Below are positions 30,758 through 41,897 of a stretch of DNA of 64,000 nt, in pieces. Where the stretch lies: assembly GCA_038316355.1 (NCBI GenBank), contig JBBQAO010000001.1, forward strand, positions 23,076-87,075, written 5' to 3'. This DNA is from Burkholderiales bacterium. Its GTDB lineage: Bacteria; Pseudomonadota; Gammaproteobacteria; Burkholderiales; SG8-41. Position 1 is the first letter of the stretch. Each line of letters starts with the position of its first letter. The translations under genes and the position numbers were made by a program. A model generated the notes under the pieces. The model saw nothing but the letters and a program-made list of their open reading frames with translations. It was not told where the DNA came from and searched no databases.

Positions 30758-31053
30758 ACAAGACGGGCACATGCAGACGAGGCAGCAGCTGAAGCTAAGC
30801 TTTGCAATTGCGGCAGCGCTGCGGTAGCGTAGCAGGGGTGGACCGCCAAAAGCGGTCTGTCCAAACTTGGCCAGAAACCACGCGCCTGCTGTTGAAATAC
30901 CTCCAGATTGAAAACCGCAAAGGTAAACCCATGATTGATCTGAGCCCGTCCCGTACGCGCCGCGTCGTGATCGGATATGCCGCCCAGCTCCACGCGAGCC
31001 AGGCCGGCACATCAAACCCCGACTCCAGCACCATTAACCGGAAAGGTAACGCC

Positions 31054-31947
31054 ATGCTCTGCATTTCATCACACACAATATCCGCTGTCGCCACACTGTT
31101 CCGCAACACCCTCGCCGCCCTGGGCTTCGCAGCGCTGACCGCAGCACCAGCTCTCGCCCAGCAGACCCTCAAGGTCACCACCATCCCCGAAGAAGCTGCC
31201 ACCGAGCAGGTCCGCAAATTCGGCCCGCTGACGCGCTACCTGGAACGCAGCCTGGGCATGAAAGTCGAATTCACACCCGTAAGCGACTATCCGGCGGCGG
31301 TCGAAGCCCTGGTCAACAAACAGGTTGATGTGGTGTGGTTCGGCGGCTTCACCTACGTCCAGGCGCAACTGCGCTCCGGCGGCAAAATCGTGCCGATCGC
31401 GCAGCGCGAAGAAGACACGCAGTTCCGCTCCGTCTTCATTACCCAGACCGATTCCGGCATCAAGACGCTGGCTGACCTCAAGGGCAAACAGGTCAGTTTC
31501 GGCTCGCAGTCGAGCACCTCCGGCCACCTGATGCCGCGCAACTTCCTGCTGCAGGCGAAGATCGACCCTGACAAGGATTTCAAACGCGTCGCGTACTCCG
31601 GTGCACATGACGCCACCATCGCCTCCGTCGTCGGCGGCCGCGTCGATGCGGCGGCACTCGATATCACCGTGTGGCGTAAATTTGTCGATGAGAAAAAAGT
31701 CGACACATCGAAGGTCAATGTGTTTTTCACCACCCCACCGTATTTCAACTACAACTGGTCGGTACATGCCGACATGCCGGTTGCACTGCGCGAGCGCCTG
31801 ACCAAGGCATTGCTCGACCTGTCGATGGCCAATCCCGAAGGCAAGGAAATCCTGACGCTGAACCGGGCAACCAAATACATTGCCACCCGTCCCGAGAATT
31901 ATCGCGATCTCGAGACCGCGGGACGCAGCGCCGGCCTTATCAAGTAA
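31054..31947 (+). CDS. PhnD-like substrate-binding protein (putative selenate ABC transporter type)
   Basis: IPEE, WFGGFTYVQA, STSGHLMPR, YSGAHDAT, TPPYFNYNW. Start uncertain. Confidence 0.8.
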   Translation: MLCISSHTISAVATLFRNTLAALGFAALTAAPALAQQTLKVTTIPEEAATEQVRKFGPLTRYLERSLGMKVEFTPVSDYPAAVEALVNKQVDVVWFGGFTYVQAQLRSGGKIVPIAQREEDTQFRSVFITQTDSGIKTLADLKGKQVSFGSQSSTSGHLMPRNFLLQAKIDPDKDFKRVAYSGAHDATIASVVGGRVDAAALDITVWRKFVDEKKVDTSKVNVFFTTPPYFNYNWSVHADMPVALRERLTKALLDLSMANPEGKEILTLNRATKYIATRPENYRDLETAGRSAGLIK

Positions 31948-31962
31948 TTTAGCGGCTCCAGC

Positions 31963-32793
31963 ATGCGCATCACCATCGAGGGGCTTGCGGTCCGCCATCC
32001 GGCGGCCACCGCAAGCAGTGTTCCGGCGTTGAAACCGTTGACGCTGGAAATCAAACCCGGCGAGCAGCTTGCCGTCATCGGTCCCTCCGGTGCCGGCAAG
32101 ACCACACTGCTCTACGCACTGGCCTGCGCACTGAAGCCGGTTGCAGGGCGACTGGAACTGGACGGCGTTGACCCTTGGTCACTGTCCGTGGCGCAACTGC
32201 AGAAACTGCGCGGCCGGCTGTTCCTGGCCCCGCAGACACCGCCGCTGCCGCCGCGGCAACGGGTCATCACCTCGGTGCTGGCGGCGCGACTGCCGCAGCA
32301 GTCCTTGCTGGCCAGCCTGCGTTCGCTGTTTTATCCGATGCACATCGCCGAAGCCGAAGCGGCGCTGGCCCGGTTCGACCTCACCGGAAAACTGTGGGAG
32401 CGGGTCGACCGGCTCTCGGGCGGCGAACGCCAGCGTGTCGGCCTCGCCCGCGCACTGGTGTCCAGCGCCAGTCTGTGGCTGGTGGATGAACCACTGTCGT
32501 CGCTCGACCCCTCGCGGGCCGTGCTCGCGATCGACGCACTGACACACTCCGCCCGCGACTGCAGCGCCACCCTCATCACGACACTGCACCAGGTCGATGT
32601 GGCAACCCATTTCCCCCGCGTCCTCGGCCTGCGCGACGGTGAACTCCGCTTCGACCTGCCATCGCGCGAAGTCACCCGTGAAAAACTCGCTGCACTCTAT
32701 GTCCAGCATGAACACGAACTGCTCGGCGCGCCACCACCCGCGGGCGACGATGCGCCAGGCGGTAAACAGCCGGCGGCGATGTACTGCCGGTAA
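31963..32793 (+). CDS. PhnC-like ABC transporter ATP-binding protein
   Basis: GPSGAGKTT, LSGGERQRV, DEPLSSLDP, LHQV. Confidence 0.9.
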   Translation: MRITIEGLAVRHPAATASSVPALKPLTLEIKPGEQLAVIGPSGAGKTTLLYALACALKPVAGRLELDGVDPWSLSVAQLQKLRGRLFLAPQTPPLPPRQRVITSVLAARLPQQSLLASLRSLFYPMHIAEAEAALARFDLTGKLWERVDRLSGGERQRVGLARALVSSASLWLVDEPLSSLDPSRAVLAIDALTHSARDCSATLITTLHQVDVATHFPRVLGLRDGELRFDLPSREVTREKLAALYVQHEHELLGAPPPAGDDAPGGKQPAAMYCR

Positions 32794-32808
32794 TTGTCCG
32801 TCTTGAAC

Positions 32809-33648
32809 ATGCCTGCTTCCGCCACCATCCTGACGCCGCACTTGCGCGACCCGGCCTGGATGTCGCGCGTATTCTGGTTATGCGCAGCGCTGGTACTGCT
32901 GGCGCCGGCGCTTGTGCTGACGGAATTCAAACCCTGGACCTTGTTTGAGCCGGAAACCCTGAAATCGACACGACGGTTTCTCGGCAACTTTTTCCCGCCG
33001 AAAATTGAAGGCGAATTCCTGCTGCTGGTGGCGAAAGAATGCTGGCGCACCGTTGCCATCGCCACTGCCGGCATGGCGCTGGCGCTGCTGGTCGCGATTC
33101 CGCTGACATTGATATCGACGAGCGCGCTGTCAATCTCGGCGCTGCCGGGACGCATGCATGCGTTGCCCTTCATCGTGCGCCAGGCTGTGCGCTGGCTGCT
33201 GATTCTGCTGCGCAGCATCCCCGAACTGGTATGGGCACTGGTATTCGTGCGCGTGGTCGGGCTCGGCCCGACAGCAGGAGTTCTTGCCATCGCCCTCACT
33301 TATGGCGGCATGCTCGGCAAGGTCTACGGAGAAATTCTCGAAAGCGACGAGTCGCACGCTACCAACACGCTGCTGCGCAACGGCGGCGGCCGGCTGCAGG
33401 CTTTTTTTTACGGCCTGCTGCCACAGAGCGCCACCGAATTGACGAGTTACACCGTCTATCGCTGGGAATGCGCGATCCGTTCCTCCGCCGTCCTCGGCTT
33501 TGTCGGTGCCGGCGGACTGGGCCAGCAGATGGACAACTCGATGAAAATGTTCCAAGGCTCCGAAGTCGCCACCATGCTCATCGTGTTCATGCTGCTGGTC
33601 GGACTCGCCGACTATGCAAGCGCCTGGTTGAGACGGGTGCTGGCATGA
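32809..33648 (+). CDS. PhnE/PtxC-like ABC permease
   Basis: RSIPELVWA, YRWECAIR, GFVGAGGLG. Confidence 0.9.
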   Translation: MPASATILTPHLRDPAWMSRVFWLCAALVLLAPALVLTEFKPWTLFEPETLKSTRRFLGNFFPPKIEGEFLLLVAKECWRTVAIATAGMALALLVAIPLTLISTSALSISALPGRMHALPFIVRQAVRWLLILLRSIPELVWALVFVRVVGLGPTAGVLAIALTYGGMLGKVYGEILESDESHATNTLLRNGGGRLQAFFYGLLPQSATELTSYTVYRWECAIRSSAVLGFVGAGGLGQQMDNSMKMFQGSEVATMLIVFMLLVGLADYASAWLRRVLA

Positions 33649-33670
33649 GCCACCTGGCGAGGGGCCCCGT

Positions 33671-33754
33671 CCCTCATCCCCGCCCCTTCTCCCGGAGGGA
33701 GAAGGGGGGCAATTGTTTCCTCTCTCCCTCCGGGAGAGAGGTCAGGAGTGAGGG
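33671..33754. repeat. REP-like palindromic element (CCCTCA..CTCCC/GGGAGA..TGAGGG type)
   Basis: Two inverted CCCTTCTCCC/GGGAGAAGGG hairpin units; a near-identical unit occurs at 40765-40840. Confidence 0.8.
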
Positions 33755-33838
33755 GGCGGGGATCGACAGCAAGGCGAGTGCTGGCAGCGGCCGACGACGC
33801 GGCGCGCGCCATGCAACCGAGGGCGTGGAGGCGGCGGC

Positions 33839-34672
33839 ATGAGCAGCAAGACCAAAACCGCGGCCAACGAAACCTACCGGCTGCCGCCGAAGCTTTTTGA
33901 TGCACGCTGCACCGTCTGCTGGTTCATGGTTGGCCTGGCGGTGCTGACGGCGGCCAGTTTCTGGACCCTCGACCTGCAATGGGCCAAATTCCTTTCCATC
34001 GAATCGGCACAGAGAATGGGCCGCTTCCTTGGTGAACTGCTGACGCCGGCAAGCCAGCCGGAGTTCCTCGGCAGACTCGCCAAGGCCAGCCTGGAAACCA
34101 TCGCCATGTCGGCATTGGGCACCCTGCTTGCCGCGATGGCCGGCCTGGCACTTGCGCTGCCGGCAAGCAGGACCCACGCCAGCGACCCGGCCCGCTGGCG
34201 TACCGTGGCGCGACTGCTCCTGAACGGCTTGCGCTCGATCCCGGAACTGGTGTGGGCCGCGCTGCTGATCATTTCCGCCGGGCTCGGCCCCTTCGCCGGC
34301 ACGCTGGCGCTGGCATTACATACCACTGGTGTGCTCGGCCGGCTGTTTGCGGAAGCCATCGAAAACGCACCGCCTGGTCCCGCATTTGCGCTGCGGGTGC
34401 AGGGGGTGCCGGCCGGCCGGGTGTTCCTGTATTCGACACTCGTGCAGATCCTGCCGCAACTGCTGTCGTACACGCTGTATCGCTGGGAAAACAATATCCG
34501 CGCCGCTGCAGTGCTGGGTGTGGTGGGCGGCGGCGGCCTGGGTCAGATGCTGGCGTTCCACATGGGGCTGTTTCACATGAACGAAACCAGCTCGATCCTG
34601 ATTGCGATGATCCTGCTGGTCGCCATGGTGGATCTGCTGTCCTATCTTTCGCGACGCCTGCTGCAGCGCTGA
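33839..34672 (+). CDS. PhnE-like ABC permease
   Basis: RSIPELVWA, YRWENNIR, GVVGGGGLG. Confidence 0.9.
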   Translation: MSSKTKTAANETYRLPPKLFDARCTVCWFMVGLAVLTAASFWTLDLQWAKFLSIESAQRMGRFLGELLTPASQPEFLGRLAKASLETIAMSALGTLLAAMAGLALALPASRTHASDPARWRTVARLLLNGLRSIPELVWAALLIISAGLGPFAGTLALALHTTGVLGRLFAEAIENAPPGPAFALRVQGVPAGRVFLYSTLVQILPQLLSYTLYRWENNIRAAAVLGVVGGGGLGQMLAFHMGLFHMNETSSILIAMILLVAMVDLLSYLSRRLLQR

Positions 34673-34697
34673 CCCCGGGACATCACCGGGCAGCCAA

Positions 34698-36236
34698 TCA
34701 TTCCATCGAGTCGCGCGCAAAATCCCGTGGCCGGAATCCCGTAACCCATAACGTGGCGAAATAGGCACCGGCGCCGGCAAACACCAGCAGCGCCATGCGA
34801 CCGATGCGCTCCGCAGCGCCAGCCGCCAGCCAGCTCACTGCACTGCCCGACAACAACCACAACACGGCACCCATCACATACACCGCCAGCGCCAGCTTGA
34901 GGATGAAAACGCCCCAACCCGGCTGCGGCATGTAAATCGCGCGGCGACGCAGCCCGCGCAGCAGCAGGGCGGCGTTGAGACAGGCGCCGAGACTGATCGA
35001 CAACGCCAGACCGGCGTGACGCAACTCCCAGATCAGCAGCAGGTTCAACAACTGCGTGAATACCAGAGTGATCACCGCAATCTTCACCGGCGTACGGATA
35101 TCCTGCCGCGCATAAAAACCCGGTGCCAGCACTTTCACCGCAATCAGGCCGACCAGCCCGATCGAATAGGCGATCACGGCATCGCGCGTATTAATCACAT
35201 CCGTCGCAGTGAATGCGCCGTAGTGAAACAGCGTGGTCACCAAAGGCACCGCCAGCAGTGCCAGTGCAACCGCAGCCGGCACCGCCAGCAGCAGCGTCAG
35301 ACGCAAGCCCCAGTCCAGCAACTCCGAATAGGCCTGCACTGATTGTTCAGCATGGCACTTCGCCAGGCTGGGCAGCAGGATGGTGCCCAGCGCGACGCCG
35401 AGCATCCCAGCGGGAAATTCCATCAGACGATCGGCGAAGTACAGCCAGGTCACGCTGCCGGTGATCAGGAACGATGCAAAAATGGTATTGATCAGCAGAC
35501 TGATCTGCCCGACCGACACGCCGAACACGGCAGGCACCATTTGTTTCAGCACCCGCCGCACACCTTCGTCGCGGAAATTCAGGCGCAGTCGCGGCAGCAT
35601 GCCGATACGCCACAGGAACGGCAGCTGGAACGCCAACTGCAGCACGCCGCCGACAAACACCGCCCACGCCAGTGCCATCACCGGTGGATCGAACCACGGT
35701 GCGGCAAACAGCGCAAAGCCGATGAACGACAGGTTGAGCAGCACCGGCGTAAACGCCGGCACCGCAAAGCGGCTCCAGGTATTGAGGATGCCGCCGGCAC
35801 AGGCCGTCAGCGCAATGAACAGAATGTACGGAAAGACAATGCGCAGCAGGTCGACCGTCAGCGCGAATTTCTCCGGCGTCGCGGTAAATCCCGGCGCGCT
35901 GATGGTGACAATCAGCGGTGCGGCCACGACACCGACCGCCGTGACCAGCACCAGCGCTACCGTCAGCACTGCAGCCACATGATCGACCAGTGCACGCGTT
36001 TCTGCCGCACCGCGGCGATTCTTGTATTCGGCAAGGATCGGCACGAAGGCCTGCGAAAACGCGCCTTCGGTGAACAGCCGCCGCAGCAGGTTGGGGATCT
36101 TGAACGCGACAAAGAAAGCATCGGTCATCAACCCGACCCCGAATACCCGGGCAATTACCGCATCGCGCACAAAACCCAGTACGCGGGACAGCAGCGTCAT
36201 GCTGCTGACAGTCGCTAAGGCTTTGAGTAGATTCAT
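34698..36236 (-). CDS. murJ: lipid II flippase MurJ
   Basis: [34 protein letters not shown]. Confidence 0.97.
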   Translation of the reverse strand: MNLLKALATVSSMTLLSRVLGFVRDAVIARVFGVGLMTDAFFVAFKIPNLLRRLFTEGAFSQAFVPILAEYKNRRGAAETRALVDHVAAVLTVALVLVTAVGVVAAPLIVTISAPGFTATPEKFALTVDLLRIVFPYILFIALTACAGGILNTWSRFAVPAFTPVLLNLSFIGFALFAAPWFDPPVMALAWAVFVGGVLQLAFQLPFLWRIGMLPRLRLNFRDEGVRRVLKQMVPAVFGVSVGQISLLINTIFASFLITGSVTWLYFADRLMEFPAGMLGVALGTILLPSLAKCHAEQSVQAYSELLDWGLRLTLLLAVPAAVALALLAVPLVTTLFHYGAFTATDVINTRDAVIAYSIGLVGLIAVKVLAPGFYARQDIRTPVKIAVITLVFTQLLNLLLIWELRHAGLALSISLGACLNAALLLRGLRRRAIYMPQPGWGVFILKLALAVYVMGAVLWLLSGSAVSWLAAGAAERIGRMALLVFAGAGAYFATLWVTGFRPRDFARDSME

Positions 36237-36366
36237 TTTTTCTGGATTTCAGCGGTGGCGGCGCCATCGTCGTCGGACTTGCAGAAAGGGCGGGTTTTCT
36301 TTATCATTGCGCCCTTTCCGAATTACCCTCGAATTCTTCTTTTACTGAACGAAATCCGGAGTTTAC

Positions 36367-36630
36367 ATGGCCAATACTGCTTCAGCCAAAAAAGCCGCCC
36401 GTCAGGCCGTCAAACGCCGCGCCAGCAACGTGGCACAACGTTCCGCTCTGCGCAGTGCAATGAAAGATGTGCGCAAGGCCATTGCCGCCGGCGACAAAAC
36501 CGCCGCCCGCGCCATGTTCCAGAAATCTGTGAGCACGATCGATTCGATCGCCGACAAGGACATCATGCACAAGAACACGGCGGCCCGTCACAAGAGCCGC
36601 CTGTCCGCCGCCGTCAAAGCGATGGCGTAA
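36367..36630 (+). CDS. rpsT: 30S ribosomal protein S20
   Basis: [13 protein letters not shown]...[12 protein letters not shown]; divergent from murJ. Confidence 0.97.
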   Translation: MANTASAKKAARQAVKRRASNVAQRSALRSAMKDVRKAIAAGDKTAARAMFQKSVSTIDSIADKDIMHKNTAARHKSRLSAAVKAMA

Positions 36631-36747
36631 CAGCTGTCCGGCGACCGGCCACCGCTGGTCGCAAGTGTTCCGCAGTTCAGGCGCTCTGGCGCCAGGCGGG
36701 CGCCAGGCGGGTGCCAGGCATCACGCCAGCGCCGCCTCTGCCGCAAG

Positions 36748-37041
36748 CTATTCCGGGCGCTTCACCTTGAGCCCTGGCCGCAGTTTGAGCTGATTGTCCC
36801 GCGCAAACTGCAGCAGAAACGCAAATGCCGTCGGATCGCGATTCTCCAGCACACGATCAACCGCCACGCAGCGCACACCGCCGGCCATGATCGGCTTGAG
36901 AAACGGCGAATAAGCCGGATAACCTTCGGCGCTGAATACCGACAACATGCCGCTCAGGCGCTCCGCCCAATCGCTGGGCCGGAAGGTTTCACCGGTTTCG
37001 GTAACGCCCTGAATGACAATTTCCGCTGCACCGTCGAACAT
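36748..37041 (-). CDS. DUF3579 family protein
   Basis: IQGVT..G.TFRPSDWAERL, FARDNQL. Confidence 0.8.
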   Translation of the reverse strand: MFDGAAEIVIQGVTETGETFRPSDWAERLSGMLSVFSAEGYPAYSPFLKPIMAGGVRCVAVDRVLENRDPTAFAFLLQFARDNQLKLRPGLKVKRPE

Positions 37042-37250
37042 GATTTGTTTCCAGGATTTCCAAGTTTTGAGGCGCGAAAAGTCTAGCAGAAGGCCCTTCA
37101 TTTCGCTTTGAAAAGCCACGGAAATTTAACTTGCCAAGCAAAACCGGCTTGGATAAGAATAGTCGCTCCGGCGGCGTCAGGCCGCCGTCTGTTTTTGTGG
37201 GCGTGTTTTTGCAGTTTCGTGCTGATTTGCAAAGAAGGACGGGATGAACC

Positions 37251-38450
37251 ATGTCGCATGTGATGAACACCTATGGCCGGTTGCCGGTCACCTTTGAGCG
37301 CGGCGAAGGCGTCTGGCTCTGGGACACCGCGGGCCAGCGTTATCTCGACGCCCTCGCCGGCGTTGCCGTGTGCGGACTGGGTCACTGCCATCCCCGCTAC
37401 ACCGCCGCGCTGCAGGAGCAGGCCGGCAAACTGGTGCACACCTCCAACATCTACGGCATCGCCCTGCAGGAACAACTGGCCGACCGCCTTGCCGCGCTGT
37501 CCGGCATGGACAATGTGTTTTTCTGCAACTCCGGCTGCGAAGCCAACGAAGCCGCGATCAAACTGGCGCGGCTCTACGGTCACCAGAAGGGCATCGAAGC
37601 CCCTGCGATCGTCGTCCTTGAGCACGCCTTCCATGGCCGCACCATCGCCACGCTGTCGGCTACCGGCAGCCGCAAGGTGCAGGCCGGTTTTGAACCGCTG
37701 GTCGCGGGCTTTGTGCGCGTGCCCTTCGACGACCTCGAAGCCGTGCGCCGCGTCGCCGAAAACAATCGCAACGTCGTCGCCGTGCTGGTCGAACTGATCC
37801 AGGGTGAAGGCGGCATCAACGTCTGCCACGATGATTACCTGCGCGGCCTGCGCACCATCTGCGACGCCAACGGCTGGCTGCTGATGCTCGACGAAGTGCA
37901 AAGCGGAATCGGCCGCACCGGCAAATGGTTCGCGTTCCAGCATTCCGGCGTTAAACCCGATGTGATGTCGCTCGCCAAAGGTCTTGGCAACGGCGTACCA
38001 ATCGGCGCCTGCCTCGCTTCCGGCGCGGCAGCCAAACTGTTCAAACCCGGCAACCACGGCTCAACCTTCGGCGGCAATCCGCTGGTCTGCGCGGCTGCAC
38101 TGTCCACACTGGCCATCATCGAAGAAGACGGTCTGATGCAGAACGCCGAGGCCATGGGCGACTTCATCCGCGCGCAGTTGCGGGAAAAACTCGCCGGCCT
38201 GCCCGGCATCCGCGACATCCGCGGCAAGGGCATGATGATCGGCATCGAACTCGACAAACCCTGCAAGGACATCGTCGAAATTGCGCTGCGCGCCGGCCTG
38301 CTGATCAACGTCACAGCAGACAACGTGATCCGGCTGCTGCCGCCGCTGACCTATACCCGCGAAAACGCGCAGTATCTGGTCGACCACCTCACCCCGCTGA
38401 TCAAGGACGAGCTCGCGAAGCAGGCAGCGCCGCAATCGGCCGCCGCCTGA
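37251..38450 (+). CDS. argD: acetylornithine aminotransferase
   Basis: NSGCEANE, FHGRT, DEVQSG, AKGLG, HGSTFGGNP. Confidence 0.95.
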   Translation: MSHVMNTYGRLPVTFERGEGVWLWDTAGQRYLDALAGVAVCGLGHCHPRYTAALQEQAGKLVHTSNIYGIALQEQLADRLAALSGMDNVFFCNSGCEANEAAIKLARLYGHQKGIEAPAIVVLEHAFHGRTIATLSATGSRKVQAGFEPLVAGFVRVPFDDLEAVRRVAENNRNVVAVLVELIQGEGGINVCHDDYLRGLRTICDANGWLLMLDEVQSGIGRTGKWFAFQHSGVKPDVMSLAKGLGNGVPIGACLASGAAAKLFKPGNHGSTFGGNPLVCAAALSTLAIIEEDGLMQNAEAMGDFIRAQLREKLAGLPGIRDIRGKGMMIGIELDKPCKDIVEIALRAGLLINVTADNVIRLLPPLTYTRENAQYLVDHLTPLIKDELAKQAAPQSAAA

Positions 38451-38498
38451 ACGCCGGCCGGGTTTACCCGGTCGAGCCCGGCGCACTCTCGGAATATC

Positions 38499-39419
38499 AT
38501 GCAACTCCGCCACTACCTCCAGTTCAGGGATTTCAACGCCGCCGAATACGCGCGGTTGTTCGCCCGTGCGGCCTGGATCAAAGAACGCTTCAAGCGTTAC
38601 GAACCGTACCTGCCGCTGCACGACCGCACGCTGGCGATGATTTTCGAAAAACATTCGACGCGCACCCGCGTCTCCTTCGAGGCCGGCATGCTGCAGATGG
38701 GCGGTTCGGTGATCAACCTGACCTCCAGCGAAACCCAGATCAGCCGCGGCGAACCGATCGAGGATGTCGCGCGCGTGATCACGCGCATGGTCGACATCGT
38801 GATGATCCGCACCTTCGAACAGGACATCATCAACCGCTTTGCGGCGCATTCGCGGGTGCCGGTGATCAACGGCCTGACCAACGAATATCATCCCTGCCAG
38901 ATCCTCGCCGACATTTTCACTTTCATCGAACATCGCGGCTCGATTACCGGCAAGACCGTGGCGTGGATCGGCGACTCCAACAACGTCTGCAACACCTGGC
39001 TGCAGGCGGCGGAAGTGCTCGACTTCAACGTGCATGTCTCGACGCCCCCCGGTTATGAAGTCGAACCCGAACGCGCCGGCCTCTACGGTACCGATCATTA
39101 CGAAGAATTCAAGGATCCGATGGATGCGGTGCGTGACGCTGACCTGGTCACCACCGACGTCTGGACCAGCATGGGCTTCGAAGCTGAAAACGAAGAGCGC
39201 AAACGCGACTTCGAAGACTGGTGCATCGACGCCGACATGATGAGCGTGGCGAAAAAAAACGCGCTGTTCATGCACTGCCTGCCCGCGCATCGCGGCGAAG
39301 AAGTCACTGCCGAAGTCATCGACGGCGCGCAAAGCGTGGTGTGGGACGAAGCCGAAAACCGCCTGCATGCGCAGAAAGCCCTGCTCGAATATCTGCTGCT
39401 CGGCGACGTGCAGACCTGA
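38499..39419 (+). CDS. argF: ornithine carbamoyltransferase
   Basis: STRT, HPCQ, HCLP. Confidence 0.97.
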   Translation: MQLRHYLQFRDFNAAEYARLFARAAWIKERFKRYEPYLPLHDRTLAMIFEKHSTRTRVSFEAGMLQMGGSVINLTSSETQISRGEPIEDVARVITRMVDIVMIRTFEQDIINRFAAHSRVPVINGLTNEYHPCQILADIFTFIEHRGSITGKTVAWIGDSNNVCNTWLQAAEVLDFNVHVSTPPGYEVEPERAGLYGTDHYEEFKDPMDAVRDADLVTTDVWTSMGFEAENEERKRDFEDWCIDADMMSVAKKNALFMHCLPAHRGEEVTAEVIDGAQSVVWDEAENRLHAQKALLEYLLLGDVQT

Positions 39420-39514
39420 AGCCCGCGCGCCGGTAAAATTGCGGCCACGCGCCACCGGCGATGACCTCGATTACCCCCGTTACTTGTTAATCCGACCCAC
39501 CCGATCTGAAGAAT

Positions 39515-40747
39515 ATGAAAAAGTCCAATAAAATCAATAAGGTAGTGCTTGCCTACTCCGGCGGCCTCGATACCTCCGTCATCCTCAAATGGCTGCAGGA
39601 CGTCTACGGTTGCGAGGTCATCACCTTCACCGCCGACATCGGTCAGGGCGAAGAAGTCGCGCCAGCGCGCAAAAAAGCCAGGCTGATGGGCGTGAAACAA
39701 ATTTTCATCGAAGACCTGCGCGAAGAATTCGTTCGCGACTTCGTATTCCCGATGTTCCGCGCCAACGCGGTGTACGAAGGCGAGTACCTGCTCGGCACTT
39801 CCATCGCACGCCCGCTGATCGCCAAACGCATGATTGAGATCGCGCGCAAGACCGGAGCCGACGCGGTGTCGCATGGCGCGACCGGCAAGGGCAATGACCA
39901 GGTGCGTTTCGAACTCGGCGCCTACGCGCTGATGCCCGACGTCAAGATCATCGCGCCGTGGCGCGAATGGGACCTGCTGTCGCGCGAAAAGCTGCTGGCC
40001 TATGCCGACAAACACGGCATTCCCGTCGATTACAAAAAACGCAAAGGCGGCGCACCATACTCGATGGATGCCAACCTGCTGCACATTTCGTACGAGGGCG
40101 GCATCCTTGAAGATCCGTCCTTCGAGCCGGAAGATTCGATGTGGCGCATCACCGTGTCGCCGGAAAAAGCACCGAACAAACCCGAGTACGTGGAACTGAC
40201 CTACACCCGCGGCGACATCGTCGCCATCAACGGCAAGAAGATGTCCGCGGCCCAGGTGCTGACCAAACTCAACCAGCTCGGCGGCAAACACGGCATCGGC
40301 CGCCTCGACCTGGTCGAGAACCGTTACGTCGGCATGAAATCCCGCGGCTGCTACGAAACCCCGGGCGGCACCATCATGCTGCGGGCGCACCGCGCGATGG
40401 AATCGATCACGATGGATCGCGAAGTGCTGGCACTCAAAGACGACCTGATGCCGCGTTATGCACGGCTGATCTACAACGGCTACTGGTTCAGCCCGGAGCG
40501 ACTGCTGCTGCAGCAACTGATCGACAGCTCGCAGCAAACGGTCAACGGCACGGTGCGCGTCAAACTCTACAAGGGCACCGTGACCACCGTCGGCCGCGCA
40601 TCGAAAACCGACTCGCTGTTCGATCCGGCGATTTCGACCTTCGAAGACGACAAGGGCGCCTACGACCAGGCCGATGCCGGTGGCTTCATCAAACTCAATG
40701 CGCTCAGGCTGCGCATTGCTGCCAATCTGAAGAATCGCGGAAAGTAG
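39515..40747 (+). CDS. argG: argininosuccinate synthase
   Basis: [30 protein letters not shown]. Confidence 0.98.
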   Translation: MKKSNKINKVVLAYSGGLDTSVILKWLQDVYGCEVITFTADIGQGEEVAPARKKARLMGVKQIFIEDLREEFVRDFVFPMFRANAVYEGEYLLGTSIARPLIAKRMIEIARKTGADAVSHGATGKGNDQVRFELGAYALMPDVKIIAPWREWDLLSREKLLAYADKHGIPVDYKKRKGGAPYSMDANLLHISYEGGILEDPSFEPEDSMWRITVSPEKAPNKPEYVELTYTRGDIVAINGKKMSAAQVLTKLNQLGGKHGIGRLDLVENRYVGMKSRGCYETPGGTIMLRAHRAMESITMDREVLALKDDLMPRYARLIYNGYWFSPERLLLQQLIDSSQQTVNGTVRVKLYKGTVTTVGRASKTDSLFDPAISTFEDDKGAYDQADAGGFIKLNALRLRIAANLKNRGK

Positions 40748-40764
40748 AGAAGCGCAAAATAGCC

Positions 40765-40840
40765 CCCTCACCCTCGGTCCCTCTCCCGAAGCGAGGGATG
40801 GAAAGCCCTTCTCCCTCTGGGAGAAGGGTGGGGATGAGGG
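40765..40840. repeat. REP-like palindromic element, same family as 33671-33754
   Basis: CCCTCACCC...CCCTCTCCC / CCCTTCTCCCTCTGGGAGAAGGGTGGGGATGAGGG. Confidence 0.8.
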
Positions 40841-40901
40841 AGATTTCAGCGTCGCGTCAAGCTCTTTTAGCTGTCCGCGAAGAAAAGTGTGGGGGTTCAA
40901 A

Positions 40902-41210
40902 ATGTCGCAGTTCGACAATGTCTCCGTCGTCAAAAAAGCCAATGTCTATTTCGACGGCAAGTGCGTCAGCCACACCGTGATCCTCGCCGGTGGCGTGCGC
41001 AAATCCGTGGGCGTGATCCTGCCGGCGAAACTGACATTTAATACCGACGCACCGGAACGCATGGAAATCATTGCCGGCAGCGGTCGTTACAAACTGGCCG
41101 GCGCCGACTGGGAAAAAGTTTCTGCCGGCGAAAGTTTTGATGTGCCGGGTAAATCCAGCTTCGACATCGAAGCTGTCGAAGCGCTGCACTACGTCTGCCA
41201 TTTTGGTTAA
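40902..41210 (+). CDS. ppnP: pyrimidine/purine nucleoside phosphorylase (DUF1255)
   Basis: [24 protein letters not shown]. Confidence 0.9.
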   Translation: MSQFDNVSVVKKANVYFDGKCVSHTVILAGGVRKSVGVILPAKLTFNTDAPERMEIIAGSGRYKLAGADWEKVSAGESFDVPGKSSFDIEAVEALHYVCHFG

Positions 41211-41225
41211 AGCGCGCCTGACCAA

Positions 41226-41819
41226 ATGACCACCATTGTTGTGGTGCGCAAGGACCGTGGTATCGCCATCGCCGCCGACACCATGACCAAATGGGGGTCG
41301 GGCAAGGAAACCGCGGAATACATCGCCAATCACGGCAAACTGCTGCAGGTCGGCGACACTTGGCTGGGCCTCACCGGCAATGCCACCTTCAAGACCATAC
41401 TCGCGGATTATTTTTCGCGGCCCAAGGTCAAACCGCGCTTCGACACACCAATGGCCATATTCCGCACCTGGCAGACGCTGCACACGGTGCTGAAAAGCGA
41501 TTACCACCTGCTGCCCGGCGGCCATGACGACGATGCGCTCGAATCGACACGCTTCGATGCCCTGATCGCCAACCGCCACGGCATCTTCGGCGTGGTCGCA
41601 CACCGCACAGTCCAGGAGTTCTCCCGCTACTACGCCTTCGGCAGCGGCAGCAGCTACGCGATGGGCGCACTGCATGCGCGGCATGGCCAGCGCGGCATTG
41701 ATGCCGAAGCGCTGGCACGCCGTGCCGTGGAAGCGGCCGCGGAATTTGACGACGCCACCGGCCTGCCGATCCACTCACATCAAATAACGCTGCAGGCAGC
41801 CCGCAAACGCGCGCGCTGA
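41226..41819 (+). CDS. Ntn-hydrolase proteasome-beta/HslV homolog (BPH type)
   Basis: N-terminal MTTIVVV (Thr1), AADT, GSGSSYAMGA; located in the arg operon. Confidence 0.8.
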   Translation: MTTIVVVRKDRGIAIAADTMTKWGSGKETAEYIANHGKLLQVGDTWLGLTGNATFKTILADYFSRPKVKPRFDTPMAIFRTWQTLHTVLKSDYHLLPGGHDDDALESTRFDALIANRHGIFGVVAHRTVQEFSRYYAFGSGSSYAMGALHARHGQRGIDAEALARRAVEAAAEFDDATGLPIHSHQITLQAARKRAR

Positions 41820-41897
41820 GGCGTGCTTCTCCCCCGGCAGCCCCGCGCTGCACGAAGCGTATAATCCGGGCCTGACTCAAAACAAAGGGGAGCAAGC

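Noticed and set aside
30802-31053. N-terminal 84 aa of the 381-aa ORF
   Set aside because: Precedes the signal peptide and has no family features; treated as intergenic.
36688-36719. GGCGCCAGGC-like tandem repeat after rpsT
   Set aside because: Three imperfect GC-rich copies; likely slippage or terminator-associated.
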